Shown: positions 8,635-16,993 of the stretch, piece after piece | How positions within the stretch are numbered: position 1 is the stretch's first letter | Layout of the letters: the number at the start of each line of letters is the position of its first letter | From: Patescibacteria group bacterium | GTDB taxonomy: Bacteria; Patescibacteriota; Patescibacteriia; XYB2-FULL-38-15 | Length of the DNA stretch: 64,000 bases | NCBI GenBank assembly: GCA_041650995.1 | Contig: JBAZJZ010000002.1 | Span: forward strand, 77,344 to 141,343 | Direction: 5' to 3' | Notes under the pieces: model-generated | The model's database searches: none | Seen by the model: only the letters and a program-made list of their open reading frames with translations | Told to the model about the DNA's origin: nothing | Translations under genes and position numbers: made by a program

Positions 8635-9600
8635 TTACATTATCCAATTGAATAGAAAACCAGTGAAAATAATTCCTACAGTTAAAATAATTATATAAAT
8701 AGCCAAAAGTTTTGGTTTTAAAACTTTTTTCAGAATAATCATTTCTGGCAATGAGAGCGCCGTCACGGACATCATAAAAGCCAGGGCGGTTCCGAGCGGC
8801 AGACCTTTTTCAATTAATGATCTGACAATCGGGATAACTCCGGCGGCATTGGAATAAAGCGGCACGCCGATTAAAACAGCTAAAGGCACGGCGAACAAGT
8901 TTCCCTTCCCGACAATACGGCTCAAAAGATTTTCCGGGGCGTAGCCGTGGATAAACGCCCCAAGGCCTACGCCAATTAAAACGTAGGGATAAACGCCCTT
9001 AATTAAATTCATTGTGTAGGTGTATGATTCGGCTAATCTTTTTTTGAAATCCTTTTTATTTTTTTCGGCCGTATCGCCGACTTTGATTTTCCAGACATAA
9101 TCTTCAACTAAGTGATGCAAATTCATTTTCCCCATCACAAAGCCAGTCAAAACGGCTATTGTGACCCCGGAAATAATATAAATGGCGGCTATTTTCCAGC
9201 CGAACATTCCTAAAAGTAAAACGGCCGCCACTTCGTTCACCATTGGTGCGGAAACAAGATAGGAAAATGTCACGCCGAGCGGCACTCCGCTTTCCACAAA
9301 GCCAATGAAGAGGGGAACGGCCGAGCAAGAACAGAAGGGCGTGACGATGCCGATCAAGGCTGCCAGGATATTTCCTAAAAATTCAAACTTATTGGTGAGA
9401 ATTTTTTTTATTTTTTCCGGCGGCAAGTAGGAACGGATGAAAGAAACAAAAAAGATAATAAAAAACAGTAAGAGACCTATTTTGATACTATCGTAAATAA
9501 AATAACTGACCGCTCCGCCCAAAATAGTGTCTGGTTGCAATCGAAAAACAGAGTAGCTTAACCAGTCAGCCAATTTTTGGACTGGACTGAAAATATCCAT
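8635..9600 (-). CDS. DUF318/ArsP-type permease
   Basis: TPFCSCSAVP and GVPLYSN motifs; multiple TM segments. Confidence 0.9.
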   Translation of the reverse strand: MDIFSPVQKLADWLSYSVFRLQPDTILGGAVSYFIYDSIKIGLLLFFIIFFVSFIRSYLPPEKIKKILTNKFEFLGNILAALIGIVTPFCSCSAVPLFIGFVESGVPLGVTFSYLVSAPMVNEVAAVLLLGMFGWKIAAIYIISGVTIAVLTGFVMGKMNLHHLVEDYVWKIKVGDTAEKNKKDFKKRLAESYTYTMNLIKGVYPYVLIGVGLGAFIHGYAPENLLSRIVGKGNLFAVPLAVLIGVPLYSNAAGVIPIVRSLIEKGLPLGTALAFMMSVTALSLPEMIILKKVLKPKLLAIYIIILTVGIIFTGFLFNWIM

Positions 9601-9606
9601 AGAAGA

Positions 9607-9846
9607 TTAGATTTTTTCTTTAATAATTTTTTTGAGTTCATCTAGACTCGGCACGCGACCGGAAAGAACAGGTTTGCCATCAATGGCTACAGCCGGGCTT
9701 TGCATTATGCCCATCTCGAGCATTTTTTGGATGTCGGTTGTGTATTTTACATCGCCCTTGAAGCCGACTTCGGCTGCGGCTTGTTTGGTCAGATCATATA
9801 ATTTTTTACAGGTCGGGCAACCCGAGCCCAAAACTTGAATAGTCAT
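9607..9846 (-). CDS. Small redox-active disulfide protein (thioredoxin fold, MTH895-like)
   Basis: IQVLGSGCPTC; MQSPAVAIDG. Confidence 0.9.
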   Translation of the reverse strand: MTIQVLGSGCPTCKKLYDLTKQAAAEVGFKGDVKYTTDIQKMLEMGIMQSPAVAIDGKPVLSGRVPSLDELKKIIKEKI

Positions 9847-9944
9847 ATTGTTAAAATTATTTTTTTAAGCATTAATTAATATTGTATCACTTTTAATTTT
9901 TTAGTTAAACCAAAACACCTCCGGTTGAGGAGATGCTTTAGCAG

Positions 9945-10016
9945 GGTGGCTACTGGGAGTTGAACCCAGGCTAGCGGGACCACAACCCGCTGTTCTACCG
10001 TTAAACTATAGCCACC
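9945..10016 (-). tRNA. tRNA-His (GTG)
   Basis: Cloverleaf with G-1:C73; anticodon loop TTGTGGT; T-loop GTTCAAC; no encoded CCA. Confidence 0.95.
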
Positions 10017-10020
10017 AAAT

Positions 10021-10092
10021 TGCGCCCGCTAGGAATCGAACCTAGATATCCAGCTTAGAAGGCTGGTGTTCTATCCATTGAACTACGGGCGC
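10021..10092 (-). tRNA. tRNA-Arg (TCT)
   Basis: Cloverleaf; CCAGC-CTTCTAA-GCTGG anticodon arm. Confidence 0.95.
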
Positions 10093-10191
10093 GTAATAAG
10101 TCAAAAGTTTAAAGTGAAAAGTTAAAAGTTTTTGAGTAAATTATTTTTTAATATAACAAACAATTTTCAGATTGTCAATTGTCGGCCGTAT

Positions 10192-10250
10192 GTCATGGCC
10201 TGAGCCTGTCGAAGGCCCTTCAACTTCGCTACGCTTCGCTCAGGGAATGA
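10192..10250. repeat. REP-like palindrome doublet (CTTCGAC..GCTCAGG family)
   Basis: GCCTGAGCCTGTCGAAGGC followed by an inverted degenerate copy; relatives at 20146, 21258, 29029. Confidence 0.7.
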
Positions 10251-10257
10251 AATTGAT

Positions 10258-11175
10258 TTATTTACCGCGGCGGCGGCCATGGAAACTTTTATGTACGTCA
10301 CGGAGCTGCTGATTGGTGATATGGGTGTAAATCTGGGTGGTAGTAATTGAAGAATGGCCGAGCATGGCCTGGACCGAGCGAATATCGGCGCCATTCATTA
10401 GCAAATCTGTAGCATAAGAATGGCGCATGGTGTGCGGCGTAACTTTTTTGGTGATGCCCGCAATTTTAGAATATTTTTTTACAAGCCGTTCCACACTCCG
10501 GGGAGTGAGCGCGCCTTCGCTTTCATGCGCCCGGTCGTGCGAAACAAATAAAAATGGAGAAACGTCCTGGCGCGCGTCTAGATATTGTTTGACCCAGAAT
10601 TTTGCTTGGTTAGATATAAAGACCACGCGCGGTTTATCGCCTTTACCACGGACAGTAAATTCTTCTTTTTTTAAATTAACTTGTTCTTTTTTTAAATTTG
10701 CCAATTCGGAAACGCGAAGTCCGGTAGAGAAAAGCATTTCCAAAATTGCCTTGTCTCTTTTTTTAATAATTTCCGGTGCCTCACCGAGCGTCGGCGCTTC
10801 AAGAATTCGTTCCAAATCACTTCCTTCCAAAAAATCCACCACCCGTTCGGGCATTTTTCCTAATTCAATTTTTTCCGCGGATAGTGTTTTGATGTCGCGC
10901 TTGGCCAGGTATTTTAGAAAGGCGCGAAGGGCGATCAGATGATAGTTTTGAGTATTTTTTTTCAGAGTGCGGCCGTGCTCGTCGGCAAAACGATTAAGCC
11001 AAAGGCGATATTGGCGGATTTTTTCTTGAGTGATGCCAGCCGGGGAAGCGTTACCAATCCATTCATTAAATCTTTTTAAATAAAAATCATAATTCCGTAC
11101 AGTTTTGTTTGAACGGTTTTTCTCTATTTCCAGATATTCTAGAAATTGGGTGATTAGAGTGTCGAGGTTGGCCAT
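10258..11175 (-). CDS. Tyrosine recombinase, XerC/XerD family
   Basis: TGLRVSEL, GKG.K.R, PHTMRHSYAT, LGH...TTQIYT catalytic residues. Confidence 0.93.
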   Translation of the reverse strand: MANLDTLITQFLEYLEIEKNRSNKTVRNYDFYLKRFNEWIGNASPAGITQEKIRQYRLWLNRFADEHGRTLKKNTQNYHLIALRAFLKYLAKRDIKTLSAEKIELGKMPERVVDFLEGSDLERILEAPTLGEAPEIIKKRDKAILEMLFSTGLRVSELANLKKEQVNLKKEEFTVRGKGDKPRVVFISNQAKFWVKQYLDARQDVSPFLFVSHDRAHESEGALTPRSVERLVKKYSKIAGITKKVTPHTMRHSYATDLLMNGADIRSVQAMLGHSSITTTQIYTHITNQQLRDVHKSFHGRRRGK

Positions 11176-11265
11176 AAGGAGTTTTTAGTGTCGTACAATT
11201 TTATTATAGCGCAGCCTTGCCAAATTAAAAAGGCTGTGGTAATATGATTAAGTAAATTATTAATG

Positions 11266-11305
11266 ACGGTTCGCTGGGCCAGGGAGGGTGGACTCGGCAA
11301 CCCGT
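11266..11305 (+). promoter_or_regulatory. Putative rpsO (S15) leader structure
   Basis: GC-rich nested hairpin immediately 5' of rpsO in AT-rich context. Confidence 0.55.
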
Positions 11306-11312
11306 GACAAAA

Positions 11313-11573
11313 ATGTTAGACAAAAAAGCAAAAGACAAAATTATTGAGAAATTTCGGATTCACGAAACTGACACTGGTTCGCCGCAAGTGCAGGTCGCCA
11401 TTTTGACATCAGAGATCAAAGAATTGGTGGAGCACTTGAAGGAACACAAAAAAGACTTCTCTTCTCGCCGCGGTTTGCTGAAAAAAGTCGGTGAACGGCG
11501 CAGACTATTAAAATATTTGGAAAGAGAGGATAAAAAGGGTCATGCCGAGTTAATGGAAAAATTAAAATTATAA
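11313..11573 (+). CDS. rpsO: 30S ribosomal protein S15
   Basis: [28 protein letters not shown]. Confidence 0.98.
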   Translation: MLDKKAKDKIIEKFRIHETDTGSPQVQVAILTSEIKELVEHLKEHKKDFSSRRGLLKKVGERRRLLKYLEREDKKGHAELMEKLKL

Positions 11574-11630
11574 AATTTTAAAGCCCCTCCCTTGCGAGGG
11601 GTTTTTGGCTTAAAAATAAGGAGGAAAATT

Positions 11631-12152
11631 ATGGTAACTTATAAAGAACAACGCGTCGGAGTTTTTATCGACGTGCAGAATATGTATTATTCGGCGAAAA
11701 ATCTTTACAACGCAAAAGTAAATTTTGGTAATATTTTGGAAACAGCGGTGGGCAACAGAAAGTTGATTCGCGCCATCGCTTATGTTGTTAAAACTAAAAC
11801 TGGCGAGGAAAAAGTTTTCTTTGAAGCGCTGGAAAAACTTGGGCTTGAAACTCGCGAAAAAGAATTGATGGTTTATGACGGCGCGAAAAAGGCCGACTGG
11901 GACGTGGGAATTTGTATCGATTCCATTGCTTTGGCTGAGAGGCTTGATGTGATTGTTTTGGTTTCTGGTGACGGAGATTTTATTCCGCTAGTGCAATATT
12001 TAAAGATGAATAAAGGATGCCGAGTGGAATCAATCGCTTTCCGGGAAACAACTTCCACAAAACTCATAGAAACGGTTGACAATTTTCACGATTTAAGTCA
12101 TGATAAAAGGCGCTACTTAATTAGTGGTCGGACAAAAAGAACAGTATTATAA
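11631..12152 (+). CDS. NYN domain (LabA/DUF88) protein
   Basis: VFIDVQN, KADWDVG..ID, LVSGDGDF; SD AAGGAGG. Confidence 0.9.
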   Translation: MVTYKEQRVGVFIDVQNMYYSAKNLYNAKVNFGNILETAVGNRKLIRAIAYVVKTKTGEEKVFFEALEKLGLETREKELMVYDGAKKADWDVGICIDSIALAERLDVIVLVSGDGDFIPLVQYLKMNKGCRVESIAFRETTSTKLIETVDNFHDLSHDKRRYLISGRTKRTVL

Positions 12153-12190
12153 GATATAAGTAATAAATAACAATTTAAAATTAATTTTTT

Positions 12191-12247
12191 GATCGCCAGA
12201 CAAGTAGGCTTCTTCTGGGTTAACCAGAAGTCTAAAGTTTGGCGGTC
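12191..12247 (+). promoter_or_regulatory. Long stem-loop in the pnp 5' UTR
   Basis: GATCGCCAGAC pairs with GTTTGGCGGTC, enclosing an inner CTTCTGG/CCAGAAG stem. Confidence 0.55.
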
Positions 12248-12258
12248 AGACAAAAAGT

Positions 12259-14436
12259 ATGGTGAAAAAATTTGAGTTAGAATGGGGAGGGAAAAATTTA
12301 ATCATTGAAACCGGAAAATTCGCCGGACAAGCCAACGGTTCTTGTACGGTGCGTTATGGTGATACATTAGTTTTAGCTACAGCCGTAATTTCGGAAACCC
12401 AAAGGGAAGGAATAAGTTTTTTTCCTTTGATGGTAGAATATGAAGAAAAACTTTACGCGGCCGGAAAAATAAAAGGGTCTCGTTTTATAAAACGCGAAGG
12501 CCGACCGACCGATGAAGCTATTTTAACAGCGCGGCTGATTGATCGTGCGATCAGGCCGTTTTTTGATGACCGAATGAGAAATGATATTCAAGTTGTGGCT
12601 TCAACTTTGTCTTGGGACCAGGAAAATGATCCGGATATTCCGGCGTTAGTCGGCGCTTCGGTTGCTCTTTCTATTTCGGATATCCCGTGGAACGGACCGA
12701 TCGCCGCCGTTCGTGTCGGCCAGGTTAACGGCGAATGGGTTTTAAACCCGACCTATGAAGCGCGAAGCAAAAGCACGATGGATATTGTGGTGGCGGGCAC
12801 AGAGGAAAAAGTTTGTATGCTTGAGGCTGGAGCTGATGAGGTTTTGGAAGCTGATGTTTTGGAAGGAATAAAATTTGGGCAGAAACATTTGAAAAAAATT
12901 ATTGAATTAATTGAAAATATCCGCGAGGAAATTGGCAAGACAAAAATGTCTATTGTTGAGGAAGATCCGGAAGCGGCTTCGGAAAAAGAAGGATTGAAGA
13001 ATAAGGTTAAAGAATTTTTGAAGGAGAAATTAGAGATTTGTCTTTTTAATAGTAAAAAGGAGAGTAAGTCTTCACGACAGGAAGTTCTGGATAAGCTGGA
13101 AAAAGATCTTGAAGAATTCTTGAAAGCAGAGGGGATTGGTAAGGACCGCCGGAAAGACGCGATGGGATTTTTCTATGGAATTGTAGAAGAAGAAATTAGC
13201 CGGGTGATTTTGGATAAGGAAACAAGAGTTGATTGCCGGTCATTGCTTGATATCCGGCCGCTCGGAGCGGAAGTAGCGCTTTTACCGCGCACGCATGGCT
13301 CAGGATATTTTACGCGCGGTGATACGCATGTTTTATCCGCGGTAACTTTGGGTTCGCCGGCTGAAGAGCAGACCTTGGACGGCATGGAAGTTTCCGGTAA
13401 AAAAAGATTTATGCATCATTATAATTTTCCGCCATTTTCAGTTGGTGAGGCTTCGCCAATGCGTGGACCGGGCCGGAGGGAAATTGGTCATGGTGCTCTC
13501 GCAGAACGCGCTCTTCTTCCGGTTTTGCCGAAGACCGAAGTTTTTCCATATACTATTCGCGTTGTTTCTGAAGTTTTGAGTTCAAACGGTTCTTCATCAA
13601 TGGCTTCAACTTGCGCTTCAACATTGGCCTTGATGGATGCGGGCGTCCCGATTAAATCTCCTGTGGCGGGCATTGCTATGGGCTTGGCTTCCGACGAAAA
13701 AGGAAATTATAAAGTTTTGACAGATCTTCAAGATTTAGAAGATAGCAAAGGTGGCATGGACTTCAAAATCGCGGGAACAAGGACTGGGATTACGGCGATT
13801 CAGATGGATACGAAAACTTTGGGGTTAACAATGGAAATGGTAGAAAAAACTTTGACGCAAGGTCGCGAGGCGAGAATGGAAATTTTGGACGTGATGGAAG
13901 GCGCGATTGCCGCGCCGCGCACGGAACTTTCACCTTACGCCCCAAGAATTATTTCTTTCAAGATTAATCCAGATAGAATTCGCGATGTTATCGGCCCAGG
14001 CGGGAAGATTATTAATGAAATTATTGACGCGACTGGCGTGTCTATTGATATTGCGAACGACGGAACAGTGGTAATCTGTTCATCCCAACCGCCGTCCCTT
14101 GATAAAGCCGTCGCTTGGGTTAAGAGTTTAACCCAGGAAGCTGAGGTTGGGGAAATTTATCAAGGTCCGGTTACGCGCATTTTGGATTTCGGTGCTTTCG
14201 TGGAGATTTTTCCACATAAAGACGGGCTAGTCCATATTTCGGAACTTGCACCGTATCGCGTAGACAAGGTAACCGACATTGTAAAAATCGGCGACGTTGT
14301 TCGCGTTAAAGTTATAAAAGTTGATGAACAGGGTCGCGTTGATCTTTCCATTAAGAGGTTACAGGAAAATGGTGAAAGAGGCGGCGGGCCCGACAGAGAT
14401 GCTGGACGGCCGCGGAGTGATCGGCCGAGAAGATAA
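12259..14436 (+). CDS. pnp: Polyribonucleotide nucleotidyltransferase
   Basis: RREIGHG, SNGSSSMAS, KH and S1 domains. Confidence 0.98.
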   Translation: MVKKFELEWGGKNLIIETGKFAGQANGSCTVRYGDTLVLATAVISETQREGISFFPLMVEYEEKLYAAGKIKGSRFIKREGRPTDEAILTARLIDRAIRPFFDDRMRNDIQVVASTLSWDQENDPDIPALVGASVALSISDIPWNGPIAAVRVGQVNGEWVLNPTYEARSKSTMDIVVAGTEEKVCMLEAGADEVLEADVLEGIKFGQKHLKKIIELIENIREEIGKTKMSIVEEDPEAASEKEGLKNKVKEFLKEKLEICLFNSKKESKSSRQEVLDKLEKDLEEFLKAEGIGKDRRKDAMGFFYGIVEEEISRVILDKETRVDCRSLLDIRPLGAEVALLPRTHGSGYFTRGDTHVLSAVTLGSPAEEQTLDGMEVSGKKRFMHHYNFPPFSVGEASPMRGPGRREIGHGALAERALLPVLPKTEVFPYTIRVVSEVLSSNGSSSMASTCASTLALMDAGVPIKSPVAGIAMGLASDEKGNYKVLTDLQDLEDSKGGMDFKIAGTRTGITAIQMDTKTLGLTMEMVEKTLTQGREARMEILDVMEGAIAAPRTELSPYAPRIISFKINPDRIRDVIGPGGKIINEIIDATGVSIDIANDGTVVICSSQPPSLDKAVAWVKSLTQEAEVGEIYQGPVTRILDFGAFVEIFPHKDGLVHISELAPYRVDKVTDIVKIGDVVRVKVIKVDEQGRVDLSIKRLQENGERGGGPDRDAGRPRSDRPRR

Positions 14437-14462
14437 TCTAATAGATAGTAGGAGATAATATA

Positions 14463-15569
14463 ATGTTTTTCGAATTCTTCAAAAATCTGAAAACAAAAAC
14501 CTTGCTCATTGTGGCAGGGTTTTTGATTATCGCGGGTTTTGTTGGTTTATCGTTTTGGCTTTATTTTAACTTTTTAAAAAGTGATGAGTCGTTTTTGGAG
14601 ATTGTACCAGCGGAGGCGGTCGCATATTGGCAGAGTGATTTTAACAGGGGAGAAGACGATGCTTGGCTTTGGGCAATTACGAGATCCATGCTTTCCGATG
14701 AAGCAGCGAGCCAGACGAAATTTTTAGAAGAATCGATCGGGCCAAAGGCGAGTAAGGTCGGTTTTGCAATTCTGCCCGACTTCGTGGATTTTATTTTCTT
14801 CGGCAAAATTAATGAATCAGATTTTAACGCGGTTAGAATTAAGCTGGAAGAGTTAAATTATCATTATATTTTTGAAAATGGCGGAAGAGTAATTATTTCC
14901 AATTCAAGATTTGGTCTTGAAGAAGCAATGTCAACCCTAAGCCAAGAAAAAAAATCTCTGGCTGACAACAAGATGAAATTGATTGCCTTAAACAGCGCGC
15001 GTCGGCATTCTGCGGCTCAGATTTATTTTGGGGGAAATTTTAAAGTTAATAATTTTAAGGTTTTGCCGTGGTCTTCCGACATTTGGGTAAGTAATAAATT
15101 GATAGTGACCCCTAAGCTTGGGACAGAGCCGCCACGAAATTTGGCAGATTTTAATTTTTTGGCCGTTTTGGATAATGAGTATTTGAAAAAAAATATGGAA
15201 GGGATTATAAAAGATGATTTGGCAGTACTTTTTCCGGAAATTAAGGAGAGGATTTTATCCGACGGTACAAAAGTTAAAGAATTATTGGCCAACCCCGATA
15301 TTTTTTCGTTCCAGAATAAGCAAATTGGCAGTTTTTCGGCACGTTATCTTTCTGTCCCTGATTTAAGTCAGGAATTTTTAGTGGGGGTGGAACGCCAGAA
15401 AATGATTTTTAGTAATTCAGACAAAATGATGGAAGATTTTTTGACCATTTTAGGTAGTCAGCCGGATTATTATGGTAAAAATTTAATAGAGTTGATTTCA
15501 GATTGGTTAAAATGGTTAACGGCGGATTTTGGAGGAGTAATTTTAGGGGTAAATGTGGATAACTTGTGA
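14463..15569 (+). CDS. Hypothetical membrane-anchored protein
   Basis: 368-aa ORF with an N-terminal TM helix. Confidence 0.7.
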   Translation: MFFEFFKNLKTKTLLIVAGFLIIAGFVGLSFWLYFNFLKSDESFLEIVPAEAVAYWQSDFNRGEDDAWLWAITRSMLSDEAASQTKFLEESIGPKASKVGFAILPDFVDFIFFGKINESDFNAVRIKLEELNYHYIFENGGRVIISNSRFGLEEAMSTLSQEKKSLADNKMKLIALNSARRHSAAQIYFGGNFKVNNFKVLPWSSDIWVSNKLIVTPKLGTEPPRNLADFNFLAVLDNEYLKKNMEGIIKDDLAVLFPEIKERILSDGTKVKELLANPDIFSFQNKQIGSFSARYLSVPDLSQEFLVGVERQKMIFSNSDKMMEDFLTILGSQPDYYGKNLIELISDWLKWLTADFGGVILGVNVDNL

Positions 15570-15596
15570 ACAAGATGGTCAATCTTCTGGGGATAA
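15554..15596 (-). promoter_or_regulatory. Cluster of three co-oriented DnaA-box-like 9-mers
   Basis: TGTGGATAA (perfect, 15554), TGTGAACAA (15565), TGGGGATAA (15588). Confidence 0.55.
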
Positions 15597-15692
15597 GTAA
15601 AGGTTTGTTTTGAGAAGAAAAAGTGTTTTCCTTTTAAATAAGCCAAAGTTTGAGGATTGACAAAAGTGATAATTTCGTGGTATAATATTTAT

Positions 15693-16008
15693 AGAACATT
15701 GAAACCAGAGACATCTGGCTGAAAGTCGGCCACGTTTCTCTCTTCTCTACTCTTCGTCATAGGTTCTCAGCTGGCAGAGCCTGACTATAAAACAAAAACA
15801 AAAATTACTTTTTTGGTGAGTTCCCCTCCGGAATTTACCACAAGAATGGTAGAGGAGCTTCTCGCTTTGAAGTCAGCAAAAAGCGTTCCTTCCCCCAAGA
15901 CCGGAATCTCTTTTGCCGCCATCGGCGGATAAAGGGTGTGTCAAGGGGGCACAAGGGCGCAACGGCCAATTATTAATTATATTATTAAGGGCGCAGTTGC
16001 GCCCTTTT
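15693..16008 (+). ncRNA. Unassigned large structured ncRNA candidate
   Basis: TTGACA-18-TATAAT promoter at 15657-15686; several long-range stems; terminal AAGGGCGCA/TGCGCCCTT hairpin; no ORF. Confidence 0.6.
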
Positions 16009-16116
16009 AAAGTTAAATTTGCTTGGAGAGGTAAACCTTGAAAAAAATATTATTTCATATATACTTAATCAAAAGGAGATATTATTTAAAAATCAGTATC
16101 AATAATCTCTAAATTT

Positions 16117-16500
16117 ATGGCAGTAAAAAACAACCTTGATAAAGATTTTTTAAAGAAAATTGAAGAGCAACTTTTGACGGAAAAAATTCGTCTGGAAAAG
16201 GAGCTATCTCAGTTTACCAAAAAAAATCCACACAATACATCCGACTATGATGCCAATTTTCCAACGATTGGCGACGCGGAAGATGAAAACGCCGCCGAAG
16301 TTGCCGTTTACAGCGATAACTTAACTTTGGAAAGAACACTGGAGTCGGCTTTGCGTGATGTAAATGGCGCCTTAAAGCGCATTGAAGATGGAACTTACGG
16401 AATTTGCCGTTATTGTGGCAAAGCAATAGATCCAAAACGTTTGGAAGCCCGTCCGGCATCTTCTGCCTGCATGGAATGTAAATCAAAATTTAGTAAATAA
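16117..16500 (+). CDS. TraR/DksA C4-type zinc finger protein
   Basis: ALKRIEDGTYGIC..CG..I...RLEARP...C..C. Confidence 0.93.
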   Translation: MAVKNNLDKDFLKKIEEQLLTEKIRLEKELSQFTKKNPHNTSDYDANFPTIGDAEDENAAEVAVYSDNLTLERTLESALRDVNGALKRIEDGTYGICRYCGKAIDPKRLEARPASSACMECKSKFSK

Positions 16501-16511
16501 GTTTTTTCAGA

Positions 16512-16982
16512 ATGTCATATTTTCGCAAAACAATGCTTATCAATTTTTTGATAAGTATTTTGTTTTTGGTTGATAGACTGACAAAGTGGCTGGCCTTTAA
16601 AATTTCCGAAGGAGGGATTTTTTTGTGGTCAAAAAAATTCGTCGGCTTACATCTTTATAAAAATTTTAATTTGATTTTTAATATTACTCTGCCAGAGTGG
16701 GCGATGTATGGCCTGATCAGTATAATTTTAGCGGTACTTATTTTTCTTTTGGTTAAAAACTATATTTTGAAAAATATTTTTTTAATTTTTTCCTTAAGTC
16801 TAATTATTGCCGGCGCAATGAGTAATTTGTTTGATCGCTTGTATTTTGGTTTTGTGGTGGATTTTATAAATTTTTTTGATTACTCATTTTTTAATTTATC
16901 AGATGTTTATATTATTAGCGGTGTTGGTCTAATTTTTATTTCAGAGTTTATCTTAAAAAGAGAAAAGGCGTTTAATGGTTGA
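16512..16982 (+). CDS. lspA: Signal peptidase II
   Basis: DRLTK, GA.SN..DR, VVDF, FNLSD motifs. Confidence 0.88.
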   Translation: MSYFRKTMLINFLISILFLVDRLTKWLAFKISEGGIFLWSKKFVGLHLYKNFNLIFNITLPEWAMYGLISIILAVLIFLLVKNYILKNIFLIFSLSLIIAGAMSNLFDRLYFGFVVDFINFFDYSFFNLSDVYIISGVGLIFISEFILKREKAFNG

Positions 16983-16993
16983 AAAATTTATTT

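Noticed and set aside
10258-11175. Integron integrase or prophage integrase next to tRNAs
   Set aside because: Length and motifs fit a housekeeping XerC/D; no IntI-specific insertion, and nearby repeats lack RYYYAAC/GTTRRRY attC ends
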